Positions 24,967 to 38,700 of a DNA stretch of 64,000 nucleotides are shown here, piece after piece. Below the pieces are notes generated by a model, which ran no database searches, was not told the origin of the DNA, and saw nothing but the letters and a program-made list of their open reading frames with translations. Made by a program: the position numbers and the translations under genes. Each line of letters opens with the position of its first letter. Position 1 is the first letter of the stretch. This DNA is from Vitrella brassicaformis CCMP3155. Its lineage: Eukaryota > Protista > Chromerida. The stretch covers positions 62,001 to 126,000 of the forward strand of contig CDMY01000301.1 in NCBI GenBank assembly GCA_001179505.1, written 5' to 3'.

Positions 24967-25942
24967 ATGTCATTTTCGTTCGATAGGTGGTCGAGAGGGC
25001 GCGTTCCCGGTGTGCCCTCTGGTGCTGGAGCTGCAGCTGCTGTGCCACGGGAGAGATGACGTCCAGTTCAAACCAATGCCGTTCATGGAGGCTGGTGTGT
25101 GCAGTGCAGAGCCTCGCACCAGAGAGGCAGACAAGTGAATGCTGTGAGCACTGTGCCTTGAAGCTTCTGACTGTGCTGCTTGTCTGATCTGATCAGGCGG
25201 CCATGCATTGCCCTTCGGCATCAGTCGGCAGGCCGTCATCTCGGCCTCGTCACTTTACGGTCAGCCGGGGACATTCACTCATTGTCAGACACAAACGGAT
25301 GCCTGGGCCCGGCCCGGGTGTGTGTATGTGTGTGCAGAGCATGTGCAGGAGATGATGTCCGCCAGTCCGTCAGCCAAGAAGGATGGCGGCCTCGCCATCG
25401 AGGAGAGCGGTGACGTGGCCTTCTCGGTCATGGTGGACGAGATAGACCGCGTCATCCACCACCTCATATGGGCCGACGCCGACTTGTTCTCGTCCTTCAC
25501 GGCCCCCCTGCTGCTCAAGTCCATCCCCTGGCCCCTCTCGTGGTGGTCGGTGGCCCACGCACGGCTGGCGGCGTCGGTGCAGGGTGGGGGAGCGGTGGTG
25601 GCCGACGAGCTGCACGACATCCTCATCGCTCTCGAGAGGCGGCTGAGGGCGCCTGTGGGGCGGCAGCTTGAGGCGAGGGTCTTCTCACGGCTGGCCATCC
25701 TGTTCTCGCTGCCTTTCCCCTCGTCGAGCCCCGTGCCGGCGGTGTTGCGGTCCAAGCACGGCCTGGTGCAGTTCTGCGACTCGGTGCTCAAGAGGCAGCC
25801 GGCCCTGTGGCCCAACAGGGCCACTTTCCTGCGGGGCGCAATGCCCCCGCGGGAGGGCAGGAAGGCCAAGGAGGGGCAAGAGGGCGGCGGTAGAACGTGC
25901 CGTCCACTATCGAAAGATACATTGTCACAGGGGATGTGTTAG
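24929..25942 (+). CDS. Metaxin/SAM35-like GST-fold mitochondrial outer-membrane protein (tentative)
   Basis: Spliced product: ...FPVCPLVLELQLLC...PFMEA|GGHALPFG...|EHVQE...IDRVIHHLIWADADLFSSFTAPLLLKSIPWPLSWW...LIALERRL...LEARVFSRLAIL. This resembles the metaxin pattern (W.D...Y...T......P.PL; L..LS..L; DA.VF..L). Match by eye only; 3' end uncertain. Confidence 0.5.
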
Positions 25943-28028
25943 AGTGACTGAATGAGGTCCTAGCTGCTCTTAGTGGGATGGGAGCGCGTGTGTGCGCACA
26001 CTGGGTATGTCATGTGTCCCTTCGCCTCTGTCAGTTGAGAGAGGTGACAACGGCTGGTTGACAATGCTTCTCACTGGCTGAACAGGCTGTACTGATTGTG
26101 TCTGCATGCATAGGTGTGTGTGGGCTGATGTGTGAGTGACGACTCGTCATATTAACGTGTGCTCCATGTGTACCCATCATCAATGCATGTAATGCGATTC
26201 GGTTCCCACGTATGTTCGCTGATCCACACGCGCACGCACGAACTCACCCACCCACCTCGGTTCACCTACCGTGTCGCCTTTCCATTATTGCACGCGTGCC
26301 TTCTTGCTTTGCACACGAACACCCACTCTTGCAGCCAAACGCGGACGTGTCAAACGGCAGCCAGCCAGGCGAGAAAACGGATAATGCGCGTCTGTCTGTC
26401 TGTCTGTCTGTATCCCCCACCGAGCCAGTCCAATCATACCCCTCCCACCAACCAACCCACACACACGCAGCCCATGACATGAACACGATGGCCTTTCTGT
26501 CTTATGTCTGACGGCTGGTGTGTGTGAGTCAGTGTGGGTGTGACCCATGTGTGAAAGAAGCGGGCATTCCTGAGAGGGAATGCCAACCCTGATTCACCTG
26601 ACTGCCCACAGACGCCCCTCCTCTGCCCGCCCGAGAACTACTCATCGTCAGTCCACGCAACGCAGTAAGACAAATACCCAGGTCGAAGGGCAATGAGACG
26701 ACGGTCAATCCACGAGCCATCTTGCGTCTCTCTCGTCTGTTGAGGTGTCGTCTCTTCGGACACCTCAACAGACACCACCCACCAGAAGGAAGGTGGGCAG
26801 CGGTTCCTAACGGATGCCAAAACCTGCCCGCAGTCACAACACACAGGGAGGGAGGGATAGACGAGCAAGACAAGGAAGGAGACCGAGGGCAATTCGAGCG
26901 AGAACCATTATATAGGTGGGTGTGGTGTGGTGTTATGTGTGAGCTGAGGGTGTTATGTGTGTGCTCTGGGGTGGGGTTGGAGCTTTGGCAGTGCCGGGGC
27001 ATTTGTCCCGACACTCGCAAAGCCAGCCGACTCCCCCTCCCCTACCACACGCTTCCTACCAAACACTCAGGCACGTCTCCTCCCTCCCTCCCTCCCTCCC
27101 TCACACACACACACACACATGCAAACAAATAGGATCTCAGTCAGTCAGTCAGTGCGTACGGTATGCAGGTGTCAGGTTAGCGAGCAAGCAGGCAGGCTGC
27201 CATCCATCCATCCATCCGTCCGATCAACCGCACACACACGCCACCACATCGGCAGGCAGGCAGGTAGCTGGATAGGTACACATACGCGATCAGACGGCAT
27301 TGGCAACACCGTCAACTCAACCATTGCACGCACCATGACACCAATAGTCAGTCAGTCAGTCAGTCGATGAGTCCTTCACTGCCGCCCCATCAGCAGTTTG
27401 TCGGCGAGAAGGTAGGCAGGGTGATGGATGGCAGGACATGCCCGCATCGGCTCAGGCAATCAGTCGATTCGATGATTCGCGGGACACATTCTCTCTCAAA
27501 CACACACACACATACCAAGGTGTACAGGGCCAAGACAAAGGGAGGGATATTCGAGGGTGCTATATGACAGTGTGTGTTGCTGCGCATGCGCGATGGTGCG
27601 TGCCGGGCTTGGGCTGTGGGAGGTCAGGCATCTCCCGACCTTCGCAAAACCAGCGTACTCCCAACACAACCAAACACACACACCACACACACACAAGCGT
27701 CTCACTCAAACCTTTCCTTATTTCCTCCCTCTCGCCCATCCCTCCCTCCCTCCCTCCTTCTCAGACGCCCCACACACAACATGCAAACAAATAGGATCCG
27801 ACAGCAATAATGGGTGCGTGCATTGCGGTCAACAGTCAGTCAGTACGTAGGCCATGCATGCGCAATATGCATGAATCAAATTACCTCACCAATCGAGCTG
27901 TGGCAGGCAGGTACAACCAAGCAGGCAGAGCAGGCAGGCGACCACTCATCCAATCACTCACTCACTCACCCATCCATCCATCCAGCCATCCAACCACATG
28001 TGTACACCAAGACGACAGACAAGAACGA

Positions 28029-29822
28029 TTAGGAAGGAAGTTCTTCGGTCATGGCCCGGGCCATCTGCTCCTCCTCGCTGAGTCCTTCCTGCAGGTGCCC
28101 GGCTTGCTCAGCCTGAGCGGCCGACATGGGCTGCACAGCTGTCCCCGCGATCGTCCCGCCGCTCACCGACGCCCTTTCGGGGAACGCCTGCCGCCCGACA
28201 CCCGCCTGTATCGCGCTCGCGCCAAATGCGGTGGCACGCCTCACACTGAAGGTTGCCACCAGCGGGAGGCCCGGCCGCGGCACGTCAAACCGCCACTCCC
28301 CACTCGTTCCTCCGGCGGTGCGTGTGACTGGGTCGGGGGCCTGAGGGTGGGGTGGCGTGAGCGACTGCAGGGCGATGGCCTGCACGTCGGCGATGCTGAG
28401 AACCAGCTGCTGGGTGGCCGTCAGGTCGTACGGCAAGGTAGCAGCTGGTGGGGGGAACTCGAGCCGGTACCTGCAGCGCCTCGGTGTGTCCTCGAGAATC
28501 GTGATGCTGAGCGAGCAGCACATACCACATACATACACACACATGATTCAGAACGAGATCCTCACTTTTTTTCCCACCGTTCCCTCCCCTAACCTACCCC
28601 AGTTGGTCCAATGACAGGTTTCGGTAGTACAGCTCCACGGCGCTCTCCACAGCACCTTGTCGCCTCTCCAGCACTTCGCCTGCGCCCCTCTCCCTCTGGC
28701 GTCCCTGCCCGTCCTCGAACGGCTCACGCACCTGCATCGCGTCACTGATCGCCTGTGTGGGCAGGATCAGTCGGTTGACGTCGTCGTAGTGCTCGGCGCC
28801 TTGTGCCAGCGGGAGGGAGTGCATGGGCTGCTGTGAGTCGGGGCGGACCAGAGACACGTCCCATGGCTGCTGGCTGACGCCCTCGAGGCAGAGGGATGGC
28901 TTCCATATTTGGCTGGGATAGGGTGTGAGGGTGGCGCGGCCGGTCATCTTGCCGCCGTCACTGCGCTTGCCCAGGTCGATGCCCATGCGCACCTTCGTGC
29001 TGCGCAGGCTTGCTGTGCAGGCCTCCTTCACCCCGGGGAAAACGATGCCGACCTTGACGGATCCTGCGGGAATGGTGACGTTGGTAGTGGTGGTCTTCGG
29101 GTGGTTGATGTAGTTGTGGTCCAACACCAACCGCTCCGAGTACTTCTTGGCACCCGTGCCTGGAGCGAACTCCAGCCCGCGGCAGCCGGGCGCGATGAGC
29201 TCGATGCGGGACACGCTCGCCATGAGGCCGGCTGAGGGACGCAACGGGAACATGTGCGATTCGTCGAACGTCACAACGTTGAAGACACTCACAACCGGCT
29301 CACCCACAGGGCGAACGCTGACCAAACACACATACAGCATACATGCATTAATACATACATACACACCTTTCTTTCGTGTCTCACTCACCACATTTCTTTG
29401 TAGTCCATTTTCTCGTAGATGAACCCCACCAGCAGCGTCCGCGAGGCCGTCACGCGCTCCTGAGGGACCAGCAGGCGGACCGCTCCGGTGCTGCCATCAA
29501 ACGCCCACATCGTCTGGTCCAACTCGTGGGCGTCGAGGCCGAGCACCCCTTCGTATTGGTTGTCGCTGGTCGGTCCCGACGCCACGCTGCCCGCAGCCGA
29601 CTGCGCCACAAAAACCTTGCTGGGCTTCTTGCACACGTCGAATACGGCCAGCGACACACTCGAGTTGGCGGCTGCGGGCACGCCGCTGATGAGTCCCCAC
29701 ACAACCAACTTCAGCTGCACCACCCGTCCGAGGACATGGATCTTGACCACCCGCCGGTAGAGCTCAATGGATGTGAAGGCGCCCTGGTAGTCGCACTGGT
29801 CGGTGGGGGGGAGGGTGGCCAT
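28029..29822 (-). CDS. Hypothetical three-exon protein, C-terminal UIM-like EEEQMARAM motif
   Basis: Three long open exons (about 29390-29822, about 28605-29325, 28029-28510) with strong GC3 bias; ends LSEEEQMARAMTEELPS*. Confidence 0.65.
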
Positions 29823-30186
29823 GGCCAGTCCGGAGGAGCTGCCAATGCAACACCAGCTGAGAGCGATGAAGGTACTAGCGGTGGCCGCAGAAGATTTCGC
29901 TACGAGGACACGATACGAGGCACACGCGGAAGATTTCATCGAGAGCGGTTGGCGCTTGTCAACCGACCTTCACAGCGCCATGCTCAAGCACTTCTTTCGC
30001 TGCTCAAGCGGTTTGCAATTCGTTTAACGAAACCCGCTTTTCCTAACTCGACAAAACCCTGCCTGCGGAGCCAGCCGCGGCTGAAGTAATGGATAGCATC
30101 GGCGGCCCTGCCAGCGGCGTGGCGACCCCAGCGGGCTCATTTCGGTTCGATCTCCGCAACCGCGCCACCCCGGACCCCAGCTGTCG

Positions 30187-33100
30187 ATGAGTAGGCCAGC
30201 AGCTCCTCACACAACGCAGCCTCCCATTGCAGCAGAGGTGGAGCATCGGCTGCAGCTGGAGAATGAGCCGTCCTTCATTAGTGTGAAGTGGGTCGGGGGA
30301 GGCACGTCTGGTGAGGTGGTGCACGGCAAGTGGAAGGGGAGGCCGACGGCGTTCAAGGTCTTCAAACTGGACCAGCATGGACGAATAGACGCCCGGCAGG
30401 AAAGCAGTCGGCTCAACCACATCAAAGTCGCAGATGAGCCGCAGCTCTGGCGCAGCAGCGTCCCCTTCCCCATGCCGTACGCTGACGCGCCTATCAGGGG
30501 GCAGCTGACCATGGCCGGACAGAAGCCAAGGGACCGCCTTGTCGTCCCCATGGAGTACCTCGGTAGGTGCGGGGTGGGTCATCGAGGGGAAAGATGCACT
30601 CACGGCACGGACAGATGGAGAGATCCCACACTACTTGCCCACATCGCCTTCTGTTCCTGTGCGTGAACCTGTGTGTGTGTGTGTGTGTGTGTGCAGACAC
30701 TCCGCCTTACCTTACACTGACGGGCCTCATCCGGACTGGCTTCAACGTGCCCTCAATCGCCAAGAACTACCCCAATACCAACAGCGAAGACGAAATCGAG
30801 AGACAAGATGAGCGGATCGACGTGGCCGGCAGGCTGCTGGAGCTGCTGGCTGTCATGCTAGTCGTCGTCCGTGCGCACCGCGCCGCCTACGCCCTTGGCT
30901 TCGTCTGCACCGATCACGTCACCAGCGACACCTTCCTCCACGTCGACCTTGTCGAAGCCGTCAAATGGGATAAGGTCGCCGATCTCCCCGGCTCGATACC
31001 CACCATCGGCAAGCTGGTCGACACCATCGCCGTCGTCCTCCTCACCACCCCTCTCCCCCCTCTCCCCCCTCTCCCCCCCACCCCGTCATTCCTCGGCGAC
31101 AGCATTGCCACCGTGCCCTTCCGCTACGAGCGCCGCATCGAAGTGTCCCAGTTCCCCACTGGCAAGCCCTTCCAGGAGTCCCCAGAGGTGGCTGTCTATG
31201 CCGTCGAAGACTACAAGCAGAAGGGCCTTCTGTCGGACCTCTTCGGCAACAACAGACAAAGAGAGATTGACGACATCGTCAAGGCGGAGGAGGCGCTGCT
31301 GGCTCGGTGGCGGCCCCTCGGGCTTGTGGTATCTGACAGCGGCGGGCAGGGAGGGAGCGGGGAGGCATGTGTCATCGGCAGACCGACCTCGACGTTCAAC
31401 CTGGGCATGTGCCTCCAGACCCTGTTTAGGGGGGAGACGCTGCTGGACTGGTCTTGCGGGGTAGCGGCGCCAGAGGAGGTCACTGAGACGGAGGCCCAGA
31501 AGGCCGACCGGGAGCGCAGCGAGTGCGCTGCGGGCAAGAAGGCGCTGTTCGAGTGGGAGAAGACACTGGCCGACATCTGCGACGACAAGGGGTACCCCGT
31601 GCTGAGGGAGGGGGTGGAGTCGCTGAGGGAGAGGGCCGACAGGGAGGAGGGCATGCAGTGGCTGGCAGAGGTCCTCGACCCCATCGCAAGCCTCTCGCGC
31701 AAGGCCATCTCGACGCACCCGGCTGACCGAGGCCATCCAGAGGACCTCGAGAACGCTGTCCTCGCCGGCCTGCAGAGACTGCGGACCGTCATAGTTCGGC
31801 TGAACGTACACACAAGACCCACCCACTCACTCAACCGCTGTTGTCGGTATCCATAGGTTTGTGTGTTATGCTCACAGGCCGAGTGCGCCAATTGTATGGC
31901 GGCGGCCGCACATGATACCGCTCAGGTACGCCGTCCCCACACACGACGCTCATGTGGCTGGATGACGAGACTGGTGGCGTGGCCTGTGGTGCCTGTCAGG
32001 AGGATCTATCGGTGCCTGCGGCCACTGACCAACGAGAGCCGGCGGTCAGCCCAACCAGACACAGATTTGGGAATGAGTCCGTGCAGATGTGCACTGTGTT
32101 GATTGGGTGCAGTTGCAGCGGGAGGACTTGGAGCCCATGCCGGCAGGCACCGCAGCTGATGAGAGACAGGTGTGTTGCACACCAGCACACCCACACACAT
32201 CTGTGGAGTTGATCTGTGTGTGGGTGTGCTCTGCAGGTAGACCCTGACGGTCGACTTAGCAGCATTGCCTTCGTAGCGTTGAGTTTGCCGATGACGGAGC
32301 TGGCCGACAAGTGCCGGCGGGAGCCGGCGGAGCGTCGCATGGCCTTAGTCCACGAGCACAAGCAGCAGATCGTCGATTACATTAGTGAGTGGTTGGTTGG
32401 TTGGTTGGGCGAGAGAGAGAGAAGCGATGAGCTGGGGGTGGGGAAACCTTTCTACCTCCCTCTGTGTCCCAATCTGTTCCAGCTTACGTGGAAGGGCACC
32501 ACACGGCGGGCAGACTCCGCCCCCACATGTGTGGTGTGGTAGTCGAGACAATGATGGCCCTCATCAAGGCGGGCGGGCTGTACGCCCCACCGACACCGGC
32601 ACCACCACAGGTCATTCACATCTACACGCAACCACATGGAAGTCACAATCAACGAGTCCAATATTGAATGGGCTCATTGCTTTCGCCGTGGGTATACAGG
32701 GTCCCCCACCTGCGCCCGCCGGAGGATCGCCTTGCCGGCCGCAGCAGACGTCCAACCACTCAAGGACTTCTCCACAAGTACTTGCGTAGAGAAAGTGGCT
32801 GCCTGTCTGCCGTCTTTTGATGGTTCTCGTGTTGTGCTGTGCCGGTGTCAGGTTGCCAGTGGTGGAGGGTCGATGTGTTCGGTGACGGCATTCTCGTGCC
32901 TGCAGGTCATACACACACAAACAGACACATACGGACGGACGGACAGAGAGACAGAGAGATCGACATCCATCCATCCATTCGCGTATCTCTCTGTCTGTCT
33001 GTCTGTCTGATTTCAGCCCCGGGCGTCCTCGCGGCCAGTGCCTCATCCACCTTTCTGTCCTGCCCTGGCCCCACAGCCTGCAGCCGTCCAGCCTCGCCCC

Positions 33101-33276
33101 CCATCATCCCACGTCAAGAGGCGCCTGCGGGGCGGAGGAAGCTGTGGACGAAAGCCCTGGGGGAGGGTTTGGTGATTGACACAGATGAGGTGGCCAGCGA
33201 CGGCAAGTGGAGCATGGACCATGTCAGGGCCTTCACTGCACTTCGTGGGGGGGAAGCCGTATGGCCCCTCGACTGA
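30187..33276 (+). CDS. Atypical protein kinase or probable pseudokinase, multi-exon
   Basis: The N-lobe is recognisable (VGGGTSGEVVHGKWKGRPTAFKVFK, RQE, LVVPMEYL), as are SPE and TSTFNLGMCLQTLFRG (subdomains VIII and IX). The catalytic loop reads FVCTDHVTSD and no DFG is seen. Ends at TGA 33276. Confidence 0.65.
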
Positions 33277-35294
33277 CAGACAGGACGGAGGGAGGGAGGG
33301 AGCTGTACAGCGATGTGTCGCTGTGTAGCGGACGGCACGATGGATACACGCCTTCCTTGTGTTGTATCTATCGTTTGGATCGGCTGGTGTTCAGTTCATG
33401 GGGTTGGTGTGACACTGTGAATAGCTACAACCTCAACCAAGTGAGTGCGTTGATCATTCGATAGCTCATGCACGGACAAATGGAGCATGCGACTGCCCGC
33501 CTATGCATGAGTCGCTGTGGCGGTGGCAGTGGCGTGCTCGCTCATCGGTCCTCTGCACATGGTGCAATAAATCAGTGTATCAACCAGTGACTTGATCAGG
33601 TCATGCCATCCCGGTGCAAAAAGAGTCTGCAGCAATAGCAGCAATTACACCGACGAGCATCCATCCAACTAGAGACATTCATGAAACCCTCGATCCCCCC
33701 TAGGCCTTCGTGCCGTGTCTTTTGCAGAGAGGGACGGGTGCATACCACACAACATACACACGCACAAGCATCGCCCACCCACCCCACAATACACAGACAG
33801 GTTCGCCCTCACCCACACGTGACAGACACGTGCACAAAGCCACCTACACACCCCACCTACACACGCGGCTAGAAACAGACAGACAGACAGACCAACCCAC
33901 ATAGTCGCATATACAATGGATGATATCGATCGAATCCATACAATGCACAGCAGGGGGACACTTCCGCTGTGCATGACCCCACACACACGAAGAAAGTCCT
34001 TTCCCTTTCTTGTCGAATGCACACAAGCAAGAGGGCCCAAAATGTGTCTCTCTGCTTGCACGTGTTCATGGTGCGTGAGTGCGTTTACCAGGCAGGCAGG
34101 CAGGCAGGCATTCACTCAGGTCATGCATGAGTCAGCCAAGGGCGGGCATACCACGTGTGTGCACCTGGGGTGCTTTCGCCCTATGGGTCGGTGGTAGGAA
34201 GCAACCAAGCAACCAAGCAAGCAGGGAGACAACAGGAACAGACACAGACGAGGCATTCAATCAAGCCAACCAGGCCATCCATCCATCAAGTAAATTGGGA
34301 GTGTCTCTTGTTTGCGAGACCTCCTACACACACCACACACACACAAACGGGCAAACGCACAAATTCCACACGAACAGACCGACAGACCGACCGACCGACC
34401 GACCGACAGACACATCCATCCATGGTATCAACCACTGCGATCCGTCCATCCCATTCGTCCATCCATCCATTGATTCGGCAGCCATGAAGGGCTCAACTAA
34501 ATCAACGGCTCCAAAAAACACTCTGATAGGCACTTTCTGACACAATGAACAGACAAGACACCCAGACAGACAGACAGACAGACACCCAGATAGACAGACA
34601 GGCAGACAGGACAAACGGCAGAAAAACCACAAACCGACCCTTACAAGAGATCACGCAGCAAATTCGGGCAGCCTGTGGCTGTCCTTTCCGCCATCACAGC
34701 ACCAATCACAGCGCATGACATCACATCGCCCTTGCCGCCACTTGATGTGCCTTGTGTGTAGCACATGAGTGGGGGAGGGTGGGACAAAGCAGAGTGCACC
34801 AAGTCACCAAGTGTGTAAGGGGCAATCAACCATGTATGTGCCAATCTGTCTACCAGCCTTGCAAAATGGTTGATAAAACCGTAAGTAAAAAATTGTAAAT
34901 GGCCAGCCAGCCAGCCAGCCAGCCAGCTTTTCCCCCGTTGGAACGGAACATGCACCCACCCCTCCCCACCCACCCACCCACCCCCGCCCGGCTACAGGTA
35001 CACAGCCCGTAAGGTACGCACTCGCTCGTCTTGATAAACGTACACCCGCACAGCCCTCGTCGCACCTTGCACCGTGCACACCAGCACCAATACTCATCGC
35101 GGCATCAGCGAAAAATGTGGTCGTTCACTCATTCTCGTCTGCCGACACAGACGGACAAGGGGAGGGATAGCAAAAACACCAAGTGCTCATAAGCACTCAC
35201 TCATTCGTGGGGAGGGACTGCCGCCGGGGTGTACGTAGGCACATGAACATGCACATTGGAAAAAGACGAGTGAGTCATGATGTTTGCAGGGGGG

Positions 35295-35594
35295 NNNNNN
35301 NNNNNNNNNNNNNNNNNNNNNNNNNNNNNNNNNNNNNNNNNNNNNNNNNNNNNNNNNNNNNNNNNNNNNNNNNNNNNNNNNNNNNNNNNNNNNNNNNNNN
35401 NNNNNNNNNNNNNNNNNNNNNNNNNNNNNNNNNNNNNNNNNNNNNNNNNNNNNNNNNNNNNNNNNNNNNNNNNNNNNNNNNNNNNNNNNNNNNNNNNNNN
35501 NNNNNNNNNNNNNNNNNNNNNNNNNNNNNNNNNNNNNNNNNNNNNNNNNNNNNNNNNNNNNNNNNNNNNNNNNNNNNNNNNNNNNNNNNNNNNN
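35295..35594. other. Assembly gap (300 N)
   Basis: Run of n flanked by G tracts. Confidence 0.99.
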
Positions 35595-35704
35595 GGGGGG
35601 GGGAGGACGGGGACGGACGGGCAGAGCGAGTGAGTAGGCAGCCATGTTACATGCACACGCCCATACCTCCCTCCCTCTCCCGTCCCTCCCTGTGTGTGTG
35701 TGTG

Positions 35705-38700
35705 TCAGTAGAAGTTATTCAGTGACTCGAGCATATAGTGGACGGCCGAACAGTCACCCGTATATCCTGTTTGAACGACAGGCAGCAGACCGAAAAGGGT
35801 GTGTGCGTTGTCCTGTTCCCCATGTCAGTGTCAGTGTGTGCGAACCGTCGTACCGTTGTGCGATATGATGTTGTCAGGCCGTATGAGCACGAACGCCCCC
35901 GGGTGTTTGGGCATCGAGATACCGAGCTTGTAGTTGCGCTTGAATTCGCCCTTCAGATCCCACCTAAACACACACAAACCAGACCCGCATTTCCGCCAAC
36001 CACGTCTGGTTTTTCCAACCACGTCTGGTTTTTCCCTCGCTCACTGACCCCATCTCGAGGTCCATAGTCGAGAAGGCGCTGCCCATGGTGTGTTCGAATT
36101 TCATCCTGACCTGCAATGTCCCCTCACATACTGTCTGCCATGTCCTTCACCCACCATCACAGGCCACTGACCTGCTTGAACACCTCCGACAGCGCCGTGC
36201 CCTCCAGCTGCGGCATGAGGGAGGGGTGTTGAGGGCACAGCAGCAGCACCGACCGGACTCCCCCTGACGGCGATGTGGCCGAGACGGTGCCCAGCCGCTG
36301 CATCACGTTGGTCGCCGTCTTGATCAGATACAGCATCGTCTTGCTCACTATCACGGAAGGAAGATACACGGCAATCAAGACCATGTATATGTGGCTTTCG
36401 TGTAGGGTTGAGAGCCGTACTGATGTTGTCGGGTGTGCCGGGTGCCACAGGGTCTTCGCAGGGGTCCCACGGCAGGAGGCAGCCGGTGGATGGGTCGCAG
36501 CACACGGAGCAAGTGCCGAGCATGCCCGCCGATGCGCTGTCGGGCGGTAGGGGGACGCACGCGGCCAGTATGAGTGTGTATGAGGTGCGCAGGATGATCT
36601 GGTGCAGCCGCGTCGACTTGAGGTTGTTGTTCTCATCAACCTGATCAAGGAAGGACACGTGTCTGTGTGTGTTGGCTGGGATTCTCGGCTCTTGCGCGTC
36701 CTTCCTGACCACTCCGATGATGGCATCAGGTGCCCGTTTGCCAGGCGGTATGGCGCACGAGAGCACATTGGACTGGCCGATGAAACTCCGACCCACCAAC
36801 ATGCTGACCAATGCAGGCGAAAAACACAAGGACATGCAGCCGAGGATGACACGTGTATGTGTGCCTGTCTGTCTGTACATACTTGTCCTGCTGATATCTG
36901 AGTTCGGTGTTGGCCATGGCTTTGGAGAGCGCTCGAGTGACGCAGGGTGGCTTGAACAGGTGCGGCAGGATGGCCTTGAGGACCCACGTGTTCCAGGTGT
37001 TCGGCTTGGCCTCCACCAGCTCCTTGAAACCCATCGACGTATAGCGTACCATCAGCTCTACACACACATTATGATGAAATCCCCCCCATGTGCATGTGTG
37101 TCGTTGTGTCTTTGCCCTCACCTCCGAGCGGCCTTCTCTCTTGGTCGTATGTCTCGAGCAGCGATGTGTAGGCCCCCTTGAGGACGTATGACAGCTTCCA
37201 CGCGAGGTTCATGGCGTCCTGCATGCCCACATTGAGACCCTGGTAAAAGAACACACTGTACACACTGAGAACACTTGGGTGGCCGTTATGTGTACAGTGT
37301 ACACAGCCCCCAAGTCTGAGCTCGCTTCAACCACTGCACCTGGTAGCCGAGGGGCGGCCCGCAGTGGGCGGCATCACCTGCACAGCCACAGAGAAGGGTT
37401 GGTGTCTCAAGGCGTGTCGGGAGTGGTCCTGTCGTCTGCTGTTGTGCTTACCGACGATGAAAGCGTTGCCGCACGAGTACGCGGCAGCACATCTGGAGTG
37501 GAGTGGGTAGACGTCCCGCCAGTGCACCTCGAGCAACTCAGCACCTGGCACCACCTGCACGCACGCCACGCCACGGCACAAACCAAGGACACACAAACCA
37601 CATGATGCACCGTACCCGATGAGAATCGATCCATCCCTACCTGTGTGATCATGGCCTCCATCTCTTTGACAACGGGTGACAGCGGGTCCCAGTCGTTGCT
37701 GAGCATCACAGCGGGGTCGACGGCCGTCTGCCTGACCATGACCACACGCCACCTGTCGCCCTTGACGTTGAGGCAGCAGATCAGCCCCCCGTTCGCCGAC
37801 AGGAAGTGCCACTTAGACTGGTCGGGAGGATCGCTAGGCACACCCCTGATATATACATACAACACACACATGGACAGACAACAAAACACGCGTCGTGATT
37901 GCAATGATGTGCTCCGCGTGGGCTGGCTGTTTGGCCGGCGGTGGGTTGGGTCACCCACCATTTGATGCGCACATCGCTGTCAATGAATCTGTGTGGGAGA
38001 GAATAGAGATAACATGGAAGATGTAGACCTGTTGTTGCTGGCAGCCATCTGTGTGGCTTACTGGTAGGGCAGGCTGCTTCCCGGGAAGCTAATCCCCAGG
38101 TGCTGCCGCACTTTGCTCGCAGCACCGTCGCAGCCCACAAGAAAGCGCCCCTTGATGGTCACCGGCTCCCCGCTCAATTGCAGCTGAGTGTTGCTGTTGG
38201 CCAGCCCGTTGGCGCGTACATCGATGAGCTCCTCGGTGAGTGTGTACGGCTGCACCGTGACCGACGCCCCCTCGTCAGGCAGGAGGCCCGCGTTCATCTT
38301 GTGGATGTGCAAGGGACGCTTGATCTTGTCGGGACCTAAAAGACACACACAAACAGATGGACACACATATGCGTCCGCGCGTGTGTCTGTGTGTCAGTGT
38401 GTGTGGGTACCGATGATGTCCATGAGGGCCTGCTCGATTTCGTTTTCAGGCACGAGGATTGGGTATTTGAAGTGGCTGTTTTCGCACTTTGCGAAGTCCC
38501 AGTCGATGACACAGGAGCCGTCCACAAACAGCCGCTCGCCCATCACGCGCTTCGTCGACTCACTGCGCAAGATCTCATCCATCACACCCAACTCTGATAG
38601 AGTCACCACACACGGACACACACACACACACACACTGTGTGCGTTGCACTGCCTTCCTCTCGTCTCTGCTGTTGGTGTGCGTACGTTCGAGTATTTCCTG

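Noticed and set aside
26529-27020. 163-aa minus-strand ORF
   Set aside because: No recognisable domain, partly simple repeat, and cannot be joined to neighbouring genes.
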